A stretch of 32,000 bases of DNA from Delftia acidovorans NBRC 14950 (lineage in GTDB: Bacteria; Pseudomonadota; Gammaproteobacteria; Burkholderiales; Burkholderiaceae_C), in NCBI RefSeq assembly GCF_001598795.1, contig NZ_BCZP01000005.1, positions 120,001-152,000 of the forward strand. Reading direction: 5' to 3'. The notes below the pieces were generated by a model, which searched no databases, was not told the origin of the DNA, and worked only from the letters and a program-made list of their open reading frames with translations. How positions within the stretch are numbered: position 1 is the first letter of the stretch; each line of letters opens with the position of its first letter. Below are positions 1 through 8,394 of the stretch, one piece after another. The position numbers and the translations under genes were made by a program.

Positions 1-436
1 TGGGCTGCATGGAATGGTTCACCCATTCATAGCCCTGGGCCGTGACATTGAGCTGCGTGCCCAAGGGGCGGCTGTCCGGATCGCCCTTGGCGCGCTGGTA
101 GACCAGGGAGCGCTGGGCGCGCGAGAACGGCAGCGCCTCATGGTCGGACTCGATGAAGTACTGCCGCATCTCTGGCCGGATGAACTCCAGCAGAAACCGC
201 AGGTGACCGATGATGGGGTAGTTGCGCAGCACCGAATGGCGCACCTGGGTCATGTCGCGCACGCCCAGCAGCGCCAGCGCGGCGCACACGCCAAAGCCCA
301 GCCACCACCACAGCCCTCCCCACACCAGCGCCGCCACCAGCAGCCCCGCGCTGCCGACCAGGCTCAGGCAGAACGTGGTGTAGCGCAGCGGCACCCATGC
401 GGGCAGGCGATGAACCGGGGAGGCAGACGTTGACAT
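1..436 (-). CDS. FMN-binding glutamate synthase family protein, N-terminal part (gene continues past the left window edge)
   Basis: Manual translation of the reverse strand from the ATG at 436-434 gives MSTSASPVHRLPAWVPLRYTTFCLSLVGSAGLLVAALVWGGLWWWLGFGVCAALALLGVRDMTQVRHSVLRNYPIIGHLRFLLEFIRPEMRQYFIESDHEALPFSRAQRSLVYQRAKGDPDSRP... The two N-terminal TM helices followed by the LRNYP-IGHLRFLLE-IRPE-RQYF and SLVYQRAK motifs are typical of this family. It is absent from the ORF track because no stop codon lies in the window. Confidence 0.75.
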   Translation of the reverse strand, partial: MSTSASPVHRLPAWVPLRYTTFCLSLVGSAGLLVAALVWGGLWWWLGFGVCAALALLGVRDMTQVRHSVLRNYPIIGHLRFLLEFIRPEMRQYFIESDHEALPFSRAQRSLVYQRAKGDPDSRPLGTQLNVTAQGYEWVNHSMQP

Positions 437-466
437 GGCGTGGGTCCTTGGGGGCGTGTTGACGAT

Positions 467-506
467 CTTGTGCATGCCGCGCCGTCGAGGGCGCGCTGTG
501 CACAAG
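467..506. repeat. Long imperfect inverted repeat (hairpin) between the kinase stop and the downstream gene start
   Basis: cttgtgca-tgccgcgcc-gtcgag-ggcgcgctg-tgcacaag. The outer 8-nt arms are perfect reverse complements and the inner arms match 6/7. No T-tract follows on the - strand. Confidence 0.4.
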
Positions 507-524
507 GGTAACCCACGATGCGCG

Positions 525-2030
525 TCAGCCCTGGCGCGGCCGGGCGCCGGCGCCCGTTGCCTGCGCGGCCGCCGGCAGCACGAACCGGAAGCTCGCCCCC
601 TGCCCCGGTTGGTCCACCAGTTCGATGCGGCAGCCGTGCAGCTCCAGCATGCGGTGGACGATGCGCAGGCCCAGGCCGCCGCCGCGGCGGGCGCCGCCTA
701 CGGTGAAGGGCCGCTCGAACAGGCCTTCGCGCAGATCGGCCGAGATGCCGGGGCCGGTGTCGGCCACGGTGACTTCGACGGCGTTGCCCGCTGCCGCCAG
801 CGCCACCTGGATGCTGCCGCCGCCGGGCGTGTGGCGCAGTGCGTTGTCCAGCAGGTTGCCCAGCACGCGCTCGATCATGCCCAAGTCGGCCTGGACGACG
901 GGCAGGCGGGGCGGGAAGTCGGCCCGCAGTGCCACCTGGCGCGCCTCGGCACGCAGCTCGAATTTCTGGAACACGTCCTGCACCAGGTCGGGCATGGAAA
1001 ACGGCTCCGGCTCGGGCTGGACAAAGCCGTATTCCAGGCGCGCCAGCTCAAACAGGCTTTGCGCCAGCTCACCCACCTTCTGGCTCTGGGCCAGGGCAAT
1101 GCCCAGGTAGCGGCGGCGTTCGGTGGCGTCGAGCACGGCGTCCTTGAGCAACAGCGTTTCCAGGTAGCCGTGCAGGGACGACAGCGGCGTGCGCAGGTCG
1201 TGCGAGACGTTGGCGATGAGTTCGCGCCGCTCCTGGTCCTGGCGCGTGAGCGCCCGCCACTGCTCGCCGATGCGCGCCACCATGCGGCGGTAGGCCGAGT
1301 CCAGCACGGCGATCTCGTCACGGCTGTCCTGTGCGGCGCCGGGCTGGGGGGCCGGCAGGTCCGGGGGCGCGCCATGGATGTCGAAGCCGGCCACCTCTTC
1401 GGTGAGCCGGCGCAGCGGCCGCGTGATCAGCGCAAAGGCCACCAGGCCCGCCACCAGGCACAGCAGCGCCACCATGCCGATGGACCACAGCGCCGTGCTG
1501 AGCACCGAGTTGGCCGAGCCCTGCGCCACCAGCTGGTCATGCGCCTCGCCCTGCAGCACCACGTAGATGAAGCCCACGTCCTTGCCGTTGACGCGCAGCG
1601 GCGCCGCGCTGAAGACCTTGCGGCCTTCGACGCTGCGCGGGTCGTCGCCCAGGATGGGCAGCGTGCCGCCTTCCAGCAGCCGGTGCACGGGCGCCAGGTC
1701 CACGCGCTCGCGGCGCACGCGGCCGTCGGGGGCGGCATGGCCGGCAATGCGGCCGTCGGCATCCAGCAGGTAGACCTCCACGCTGGGGTTGACCAGCATG
1801 AGCTGGTTGAAGAAGCTGCGCACGGCGCCAGGCATGAGGCCGTTGGCGTCGGTCAGCTGGGCGTCGCGCGCAATGCTTTCGGCCACATCGCGCGACAGGC
1901 CCTGCACCACTTCCAGCTCGTGCATGCGGCTTGCGCGCAGCTGCATCCAGGCCGAGGTGCCGCTGCACACCAGCAGCAGCACGGCAAAGACCAGGGACAG
2001 GCGCTGGGTCAGTGTCAGGCGCAGCTTCAT
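525..2030 (-). CDS. Sensor histidine kinase (two TM helices, periplasmic sensor domain, HAMP, HisKA, HATPase_c)
   Basis: ORF 525..2237(-) trimmed to the internal ATG at 2030 ([21 protein letters not shown]...), one base after the regulator stop. H-box [18 protein letters not shown]-box [14 protein letters not shown]-boxes DTGPGI and GGLGLRIV. Confidence 0.9.
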   Translation of the reverse strand: MKLRLTLTQRLSLVFAVLLLVCSGTSAWMQLRASRMHELEVVQGLSRDVAESIARDAQLTDANGLMPGAVRSFFNQLMLVNPSVEVYLLDADGRIAGHAAPDGRVRRERVDLAPVHRLLEGGTLPILGDDPRSVEGRKVFSAAPLRVNGKDVGFIYVVLQGEAHDQLVAQGSANSVLSTALWSIGMVALLCLVAGLVAFALITRPLRRLTEEVAGFDIHGAPPDLPAPQPGAAQDSRDEIAVLDSAYRRMVARIGEQWRALTRQDQERRELIANVSHDLRTPLSSLHGYLETLLLKDAVLDATERRRYLGIALAQSQKVGELAQSLFELARLEYGFVQPEPEPFSMPDLVQDVFQKFELRAEARQVALRADFPPRLPVVQADLGMIERVLGNLLDNALRHTPGGGSIQVALAAAGNAVEVTVADTGPGISADLREGLFERPFTVGGARRGGGLGLRIVHRMLELHGCRIELVDQPGQGASFRFVLPAAAQATGAGARPRQG

Positions 2031-2031
2031 G

Positions 2032-2748
2032 TCAGGCGCCCTCCCCCGCCTCGGCGAACTTGTAGCCGCGCCCCCAGACGGTGAGGATGCGCGCGGGCTG
2101 GGCCGGGTCGGCCTCGATCTTGGCGCGCAGGCGGTTGATGTGGGTGTTGACGGTGTGCTCGTAACCCTCGTGCTGGTAGCCCCAGACGGCGTTGAGCAGG
2201 TCCATGCGCGAGAACACCTTGCCGGGCTGGCGCGCAAAGAAGTACAGCAGGTCGAACTCGCGCGGGGTCAGGTCCAGCCGGGCACCATGAAGCCGGGCAT
2301 CGCGCGCCACGGGGTCCATGGCCAGGCCGGCGATGGTCAGGCTGCCGGACTCCAGACGCGCATTCTGGGCCAGCGCCTCCACGCGGCGCAGCAGCGCCTT
2401 GACGCGCGCCACCAGTTCCAGCACGGAAAACGGCTTGGCCAGGTAGTCGTCGGCGCCGATCTCCAGGCCCAGGATGCGCTGCACCTCGCTGGAGCGCGCG
2501 CTGATGATGATGATGGGCGTGTAGCGCGCCATGGCGCGGGCGCGGCGGCAGATCTCCAGGCCGTCCACGCCGGGCAGCATGATGTCCAGCACCAGCGCGT
2601 CCCAGCCGCCGCGCTCCAGTTGGCGCAGGCCGTCGTCGCCACGCGCGCAGTGCATGACTTCCAGGCCTTCGTCGCGCAGGTGCAGCGTGAGCAGGTCGGC
2701 GATATGGGCGTCGTCCTCGACGAGAAGTACGCGGCGCGTGGCGGTCAT
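2032..2748 (-). CDS. OmpR-family DNA-binding response regulator
   Basis: ORF 2032..2805(-) trimmed to the ATG at 2748 ([20 protein letters not shown]...). Receiver domain with [14 protein letters not shown], winged-helix C-terminus ([26 protein letters not shown]...VWGRGYKF). AGGAAA lies about 11 nt upstream of the start. Confidence 0.92.
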   Translation of the reverse strand: MTATRRVLLVEDDAHIADLLTLHLRDEGLEVMHCARGDDGLRQLERGGWDALVLDIMLPGVDGLEICRRARAMARYTPIIIISARSSEVQRILGLEIGADDYLAKPFSVLELVARVKALLRRVEALAQNARLESGSLTIAGLAMDPVARDARLHGARLDLTPREFDLLYFFARQPGKVFSRMDLLNAVWGYQHEGYEHTVNTHINRLRAKIEADPAQPARILTVWGRGYKFAEAGEGA

Positions 2749-2766
2749 CGGATGCGGTTTCCTGGA

Positions 2767-2793
2767 AGTGGCGGGAGTGGCGGGAGTGGCTGC
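2767..2793. repeat. Three tandem 9-bp units (agtggcggg agtggcggg agtggctgc) in the divergent regulator/msrB intergenic region
   Basis: Read directly from the sequence, 19 nt upstream of the response-regulator start codon. Confidence 0.6.
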
Positions 2794-2925
2794 CATTGTG
2801 CGCAATACCGGGACCGGGAGTTATCACGAATCTTTGAACTCTGCGTGAAGACTTCGGGAGGCCGCCGCCCTAACCTGACTGGCATCGCATCGTTTTCAGA
2901 CGCAAAGAACCTTCAGGAGCACACC

Positions 2926-3426
2926 ATGACCACCAGACGCCATCTTCTGTGGACTGCAGGCGCCGGCACCACCGCCGTGCTGGCGGCCAGCCTGTTCCCG
3001 CGCCGCGCACCGGCCGCCGCCTCCAGCGAAATCTTCGAGGTGAGCTACAGCGACGCCGAGTGGCGTGCCCGGCTCACGCCCGAGCAGTACCAGATCCTGC
3101 GCAAGGAAGGCACGGAGCGCGCCGGCACCAGCCCCCTGAACAAGGAGCACCGCGCCGGCACCTTTGCCTGCGCGGGATGCGCGCTGCCGCTGTTCTCGTC
3201 CAAGACCAAGTTCGACAGCGGCACCGGCTGGCCCAGCTTCTGGCAGCCGCTGGACAAGGCCGTGGCCACGCGCCAGGACCGCACCTACGGCATGCTGCGC
3301 ACCGAGGTGCATTGCCGCCGCTGCGGCGGCCACCTGGGCCATGTCTTCGACGACGGCCCCAAGCCCACGGGCCTGCGCTACTGCATGAACGGGCTGTCGC
3401 TGACGTTCACGCCCCAGCCTGCCTGA
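2926..3426 (+). CDS. msrB: Peptide-methionine (R)-S-oxide reductase MsrB with twin-arginine signal peptide
   Basis: ATG at 2926 preceded by AGGAG (2915-2919). Tat motif TRRHLLW plus a hydrophobic region and AAA cleavage context. SelR domain with two CxxC zinc motifs (CAGC, CRRC), GWPSF and catalytic RYCMNG. Confidence 0.93.
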   Translation: MTTRRHLLWTAGAGTTAVLAASLFPRRAPAAASSEIFEVSYSDAEWRARLTPEQYQILRKEGTERAGTSPLNKEHRAGTFACAGCALPLFSSKTKFDSGTGWPSFWQPLDKAVATRQDRTYGMLRTEVHCRRCGGHLGHVFDDGPKPTGLRYCMNGLSLTFTPQPA

Positions 3427-3442
3427 ACCCGGGAGCCACGCC

Positions 3443-5272
3443 ATGCTGCTGATCGTCCTGGCCTATCTGGGCGGGGTGCTGACCATCGTCAGCCCCTGCA
3501 TCCTGCCGGTGCTGCCCTTCGTCTTTGCACGCGCCGACCAGCCATTCGCCAAAAGCGGCCTGCCGCTGCTGGCGGGCATGGCGCTGACCTTCGCCCTGGT
3601 GGCCTCGCTGGCCGCCGTGGGCGGCGGCTGGGTGGTGGCCGCCAATGAATACGGCCGCTGGCTGGCCCTGGGCCTGGTCGCCGTGTTTGCGCTGACCCTG
3701 CTGTGGCCCGGCCTGTCCGAGCGGCTGACGCGGCCGCTGGTGGCGGCGGGCTCGCGCCTGTCCGAGCGTGCCCAGGGCACGGACGGCGGCGCCCGCCCCG
3801 GCGCCTCGCTGCTGCTGGGCGTGGCCACGGGCCTGCTGTGGGCGCCCTGCGCCGGCCCCATCCTGGGCCTGATCCTCACGGGCGCCGCACTGCAGGGCGC
3901 CAACACCACCTCCAGCCTGCTGCTGCTGGCCTATGCGGCCGGTGCGGCCACCTCCATGGCGGCGGCCCTGCTGCTGGGCGGCAAGGTGTTTGCGGCGCTC
4001 AAGCGCATGCTGGGCGCGGGCGAATGGGTGCGGCGCGGGCTGGGCGCAGCCATGCTGGCCGGCGTGGGCGCGATTGCGCTGGGGCTGGACACGGGCGTGC
4101 TGGCGCAAGTGTCCACGGCCTCCACCGGCGGCCTGGAGCAAAGGCTGGTGGACCGCCTGAGCGGCAGGCCCGAGGGTGGCGCCATGGCCATGCAGGCTGG
4201 TCCCGCCATGATGGCCGCCGTGGACAGGGGCTCCGGTGCTGGCCCGGCCATGATGGCCGCAGGCGGCGCCATGCGCATGGCCGGTGGCCCGTCCCGCGCC
4301 GCCCTGCCGGACGAAGGGCTGGCCCCTGCGCTGGACGGCGCCACCGACTGGCTCAACTCCACCCCGCTGACGGCCGAACAACTGCGCGGCAAGGTGGTGC
4401 TGGTGGATTTCTGGACCTACTCCTGCATCAACTGCCTGCGCACCCTGCCCTATGTGAAGGCCTGGGCCGAGAAGTACCGCGACCAGGGCCTGGTGGTGGT
4501 GGGCGTGCATGCGCCGGAGTTCGCCTTCGAGCGCAAGCTGTCCAACGTGGAAAAGGCCATCAAGGACCTGGGCATCAGCTACCCCGTGGCCGTGGACAAC
4601 GGCTACAAGATCTGGCGCGCCTTCAACAACCAATACTGGCCGGCGCACTACTTCATTGATGCCCAGGGCCGCATCCGGCACCACCACTTTGGCGAAGGCG
4701 GCTATGCCGAGTCCGAGCGCGTGATCCAGCAACTGCTGCAGGAAGCCGGATCGAAGCAGGTGGACCAGGGCCTGATCGACGTGCAGGCCAAGGGCGTGCA
4801 GCAGGCAGCCGACATGGCAGCCGTGCGCTCGCACGAGACCTACCTGGGCTATGAGCGCGCCGAGCAATTTGCCGCCACGCCAGCCGCCGTGCACAACCAG
4901 GCCACCGCCTATGCCACGCCCGAGCGCCTGCCGCTGAACGCCTGGGGCCTGAGCGGCCAATGGACGGTGGGCCCGGAAAGCGCCACGCTGGACGGCGCCA
5001 CCGGTCGCATCACCTACCGCTTCCAGGCACGCGACCTGCACCTGGTGCTGGGCCCCGGCAGCGATGGCAAGCCCGTGCGCTTCAAGGTGCTGATCGACGG
5101 CAAGGCGCCCGGCGCCTCGCGCGGCATGGACGTGGCCGCCGACGGCAGCGGCAGCGTGACCGAGCAGCGCCTGTACCAACTGGTGCGCCAGGACGGCGGC
5201 GCAGCCGAACGCACCTTCAGCATCGAATTCCTGGACCCCGGCATCTCCGCCTATGCCTTCACCTTTGGCTGA
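3443..5272 (+). CDS. dipZ: Cytochrome c biogenesis protein DipZ family: CcdA/DsbD-type membrane thiol-disulfide transporter fused to a TlpA-like thioredoxin and the DipZ C-terminal domain
   Basis: 609-aa ORF. Membrane cysteines in SPCILPVLP and WAPCAGPILG. Thioredoxin fold with VLVDFWTYSCINCLRTLPY (CxxC = CINC). C-terminal beta-rich domain ending FSIEFLDPGISAYAFTFG. The 16-nt gap after msrB suggests one operon. Confidence 0.88.
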   Translation: MLLIVLAYLGGVLTIVSPCILPVLPFVFARADQPFAKSGLPLLAGMALTFALVASLAAVGGGWVVAANEYGRWLALGLVAVFALTLLWPGLSERLTRPLVAAGSRLSERAQGTDGGARPGASLLLGVATGLLWAPCAGPILGLILTGAALQGANTTSSLLLLAYAAGAATSMAAALLLGGKVFAALKRMLGAGEWVRRGLGAAMLAGVGAIALGLDTGVLAQVSTASTGGLEQRLVDRLSGRPEGGAMAMQAGPAMMAAVDRGSGAGPAMMAAGGAMRMAGGPSRAALPDEGLAPALDGATDWLNSTPLTAEQLRGKVVLVDFWTYSCINCLRTLPYVKAWAEKYRDQGLVVVGVHAPEFAFERKLSNVEKAIKDLGISYPVAVDNGYKIWRAFNNQYWPAHYFIDAQGRIRHHHFGEGGYAESERVIQQLLQEAGSKQVDQGLIDVQAKGVQQAADMAAVRSHETYLGYERAEQFAATPAAVHNQATAYATPERLPLNAWGLSGQWTVGPESATLDGATGRITYRFQARDLHLVLGPGSDGKPVRFKVLIDGKAPGASRGMDVAADGSGSVTEQRLYQLVRQDGGAAERTFSIEFLDPGISAYAFTFG

Positions 5273-5306
5273 TCCCTGGCCACTTCACTTTCACCGGAGA
5301 GACACC

Positions 5307-6056
5307 ATGACCAACGATTCCACCCTCGCCACCGCACCCCGGCGCCGCGGCCTTCTCCAACTGCTGACCGGCAGCGCCGTGCTGCTGGGCGGCGCCCTGC
5401 TGTGGCAGGGCAGCAACCTGCAGGCGGCCGAGCAGGCCGTGCGCATTCCGCCACCCGCGCAGGATGCGCCCGCCACGGGCCAGGGGCCGCAGAAAGCCAT
5501 CTTTGCGGGCGGCTGCTTCTGGGGCGTGCAAGGCGTGTTCCAGCATGTCAAGGGCGTGCAGCGCGCCGTCTCGGGCTACAGCGGCGGCACGGCGGCCCAG
5601 GCCTCGTATTCGGCGGTGAGCAGCGGACGCACCGGGCATGCGGAGTCGGTCGAGGTCACCTATGACCCGGCCCAGGTCAGCTACGGGCAGCTGCTGCAGA
5701 TCTACTTTTCCGTGGCCCATGACCCGACCCAGCTCAACCGCCAGGGGCCGGACACGGGCACGCAGTACCGCTCGGCCATCTTCGCCACCGACGCCGCCCA
5801 GCTCAAGACCGCCCAGGCCTACGTGGCCCAGCTGGACGCGGCCAAGGTCTTCGGCAAGCCCATCGTGACCCGGCTGGAGGACAAGCCCAGCTTCTTCCCG
5901 GCCGAGAACTACCACCAGGACTTCATGACGGAGAACCCGCGCCATCCCTACATCGTCATCAACGACCTGCCCAAGGTGGAGCAGCTCAAGCAGCTGTTCC
6001 CGGGCAGCTACCGCGCCGAGCCGGTGCTGGTCAAGCAGGCCGCCCGGCAGATGTAG
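5307..6056 (+). CDS. msrA: Peptide-methionine (S)-S-oxide reductase MsrA with twin-arginine signal peptide
   Basis: ORF 5253..6056 trimmed to the ATG at 5307, preceded by GGAGA (5296-5300). Tat motif PRRRGLLQLL. Catalytic FAGGCFWGVQ, plus GHAESVEVTYDP, GTQYRSAIF and ENYHQDF motifs. Confidence 0.93.
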   Translation: MTNDSTLATAPRRRGLLQLLTGSAVLLGGALLWQGSNLQAAEQAVRIPPPAQDAPATGQGPQKAIFAGGCFWGVQGVFQHVKGVQRAVSGYSGGTAAQASYSAVSSGRTGHAESVEVTYDPAQVSYGQLLQIYFSVAHDPTQLNRQGPDTGTQYRSAIFATDAAQLKTAQAYVAQLDAAKVFGKPIVTRLEDKPSFFPAENYHQDFMTENPRHPYIVINDLPKVEQLKQLFPGSYRAEPVLVKQAARQM

Positions 6057-6140
6057 CGTCTGCGCAGCACGGGTGCGGTGCGGGTGCGGTCCAGGTGCCT
6101 GCAGGCGTCGGCGGCGGCTGCCGTATGAGACATTTGCGGC

Positions 6141-7508
6141 ATGCCTCCCAGTTCGCTTGATGCACCCGCTGCACCCGCTGCACCCCTCCCGCCCACCCGC
6201 GCCGAAGCCCTGCGCTACTGGCTGAAGCTGGGCTGCATCAGCTTTGGCGGGCCGGCCGGGCAGATCGCCATCATGCATGAGGACCTGGTGGAGCGGCGGC
6301 GCTGGATCTCGGAGGGGCGCTTCCTGCATGCGCTCAACTACTGCATGCTGCTGCCCGGCCCCGAGGCGCAGCAGCTGGCCACCTACATCGGCTGGCTGCT
6401 GCACCGCACCTGGGGCGGCATCGTGGCCGGCGGGCTGTTCGTGCTGCCTTCGCTGCTGCTGCTCATCGCCCTGTCCTGGATCTATGTGGCCTTCGGCCAT
6501 GTGCCGGCCATTGCCGGCATCTTCTATGGCATCAAGCCGGCCGTGACGGCACTGGTGGTGCATGCGGCCTGGCGCGTGGGCTCGCGCACCTTGCGCAACG
6601 GCTGGCTGTGGGGCATTGCCGCGGCGGCCTTCGTGGCTATCTTCGCGTTGAAGCTGCCGTTTCCGCTGATCGTGCTGGCGGCCGGCGCACTGGGCTACCT
6701 GGGGGGCAGGCTGACGCCGCGCCACTTCTCCCCTGCGGGCGGGCACGGCCCGCGCGGGGGCAGCCACGGCCCGGCCGTCATCGACGATGACACGCCCACA
6801 CCGGCCCATGCACGGTTCAGCTGGCGTTTTTTCAGCCAGGTGTTGGCGGCCAGCCTGGGGCTGTGGGCGCTGTCGCTGGGCCTGCTGGCCGCCGCCTTCG
6901 GCTGGCAGGGCGCGCTCACCCAGATGGGCTGGTTCTTCACCAAGGCGGCGCTGCTGACCTTTGGCGGCGCCTACGCCGTGCTGCCCTACCTCTACCAGGG
7001 CGCGGTGGACCACTACCACTGGCTCACGGCCACGCAGATGATGGACGGGCTGGCCCTGGGCGAGACCACGCCGGGGCCGCTGATCATGGTGGTGTCCTTC
7101 GTGGGCTTCCTGGGCGGCTGGAGCACGCAGGTGTTCGGCCCCGATGCGCTGCTGCCGGCCGGCGCCGCCGCCGCCCTGGTCGTGACCTTCTTCACCTTTT
7201 TGCCGTCCTTTGCCTTCATCCTGCTGGGCGGCCCCTTCATCGAGTCCACCCATGGCAGGCTGGGCTTCACCGCGCCGCTGACGGGCATCACGGCCGCCGT
7301 GGTGGGCGTCATCGCCAACCTGGCCGTGTTCTTTGCCTGGCATGTGCTGTGGCCCCAGGGCTGGGCGGGTCCCTTCGACTGGCCGTCCGCACTGCTGGGC
7401 CTGGCTGCGGCGGCCGCGCTGCTGCGCTGGAAGGTGGGCGTGATCCCCGTGGTGGTCGGCGCGGGGCTGGCCGGCCTGGCGATCACGCTGGCGCGCCAGG
7501 GTGGGTAG
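6141..7508 (+). CDS. chrA: Chromate efflux transporter ChrA (two CHR domains)
   Basis: 455-aa ORF. LKLGCISFGGPAGQIAIMHEDLVERRRWISEGRFLHALNYCMLLPGPEAQQLA in the first half. The second half repeats the pattern (LLTFGGAYAVLPYL...GLALGETTPGPLIMV). Confidence 0.9.
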   Translation: MPPSSLDAPAAPAAPLPPTRAEALRYWLKLGCISFGGPAGQIAIMHEDLVERRRWISEGRFLHALNYCMLLPGPEAQQLATYIGWLLHRTWGGIVAGGLFVLPSLLLLIALSWIYVAFGHVPAIAGIFYGIKPAVTALVVHAAWRVGSRTLRNGWLWGIAAAAFVAIFALKLPFPLIVLAAGALGYLGGRLTPRHFSPAGGHGPRGGSHGPAVIDDDTPTPAHARFSWRFFSQVLAASLGLWALSLGLLAAAFGWQGALTQMGWFFTKAALLTFGGAYAVLPYLYQGAVDHYHWLTATQMMDGLALGETTPGPLIMVVSFVGFLGGWSTQVFGPDALLPAGAAAALVVTFFTFLPSFAFILLGGPFIESTHGRLGFTAPLTGITAAVVGVIANLAVFFAWHVLWPQGWAGPFDWPSALLGLAAAAALLRWKVGVIPVVVGAGLAGLAITLARQGG

Positions 7509-7521
7509 GAAAGGCTGCGGC

Positions 7522-8349
7522 ATGGTTTCGACCACGGATGGGCATTTCAGCTGGCTGCGCTGCCGCACCGCAGGCGTGGAGGCCGTGGCCGCAGACACGG
7601 CGAGGCACTTTGGGCGGCACGCCCACGAGCAGTACGGGATCGGCCTGATTGAGCGTGGCGCGCAGAAATCCGCCAGCGGGCGAGGTCTGTACGAGGCCGG
7701 GGCCGGCGACCTCATCATGGTCAACCCCGGCGAGTTGCATGACGGCATGCCCCTGGGCGATGGCGGTCGCGCCTGGCGCATGCTTTACCTGGAGCCCTCG
7801 GTCGTGGCCGGGCTCATGGCGGACATGGATGGCGCAGGGCCAGCGACCGGCTTCGAGTTCCGCCAGCCCGCCGTGCGCGACCCGCGCCTGGCCGCGTGTT
7901 TTCAGGCTCTGTACCGCAGGATGACCGGCAGCGGCGAGGCAACGGACGCCCTGGACCTGGACGAAGCCCTGCTGCAACTGCTGGGCGGCATGCTGCAGCG
8001 CCCTGCCCCGGCGCCCCGCGCACCGGCCCCCATCACACTGGCCCGCGCCCGGATGGACGACGATCCCGGTGCACCGCTGACCCTGGGCGCCCTGGCCCAC
8101 GAGGCGGGCCTGAGCCGCTACCAGTTCCTGCGTGCCTTTGCGCTCGCCACGGGAATGACGCCCCATGCCTATCTGCTGCAGCGGCGCCTGCACCAGGCGC
8201 GCAGGCTCATCGCCAGCGGCATGCCGCTGGCCGAGGCCGCCGCGCACAGCGGCTTTGCCGACCAGAGCCATATGACGCGCCTGTTCGTGCGCAGCTTCGG
8301 CATGGCGCCCGGCTTCTACGCCAGGGCAGCCAAGGCCTGCGCTGCGTGA
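7522..8349 (+). CDS. AraC-family transcriptional regulator (cupin-like N-terminal domain plus HTH_18)
   Basis: ORF 7501..8349 begins at a GTG overlapping the chrA stop. I prefer the ATG at 7522, preceded by AGGAAAGG. C-terminus LTLGALAHEAGLSRYQFLRAFALATGMTPHAYLLQRRLHQARRLI...GFADQSHMTRLF is a canonical AraC HTH. Confidence 0.85.
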   Translation: MVSTTDGHFSWLRCRTAGVEAVAADTARHFGRHAHEQYGIGLIERGAQKSASGRGLYEAGAGDLIMVNPGELHDGMPLGDGGRAWRMLYLEPSVVAGLMADMDGAGPATGFEFRQPAVRDPRLAACFQALYRRMTGSGEATDALDLDEALLQLLGGMLQRPAPAPRAPAPITLARARMDDDPGAPLTLGALAHEAGLSRYQFLRAFALATGMTPHAYLLQRRLHQARRLIASGMPLAEAAAHSGFADQSHMTRLFVRSFGMAPGFYARAAKACAA

Positions 8350-8394
8350 CGCGCTGCAATTTCCTTCAAGACCACGCAAACCGGCCTGGCGAGG

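Noticed and set aside
2926-6056. Selenocysteine recoding or frameshifts in msrA/msrB.
   Set aside because: Both ORFs are uninterrupted and have Cys at the catalytic positions. There is no in-frame TGA.
5259-7781. 840-aa ORF on the - strand, with similar very long ORFs at 3407..5179(-), 9327..11624(-), 14005..17085(+), 25331..28282(+), 27748..30228(+), 435..2084(+) and 1789..3426(+, apart from its in-frame 3' end at 2926..3426, which is msrB).
   Set aside because: All are antisense to or out of frame with genes that carry unmistakable family motifs. Their translations are Ala/Arg/Gly/Pro/His-rich low complexity, as expected for stop-poor alternative frames in roughly 70% GC DNA. None has an SD or recognisable domains.
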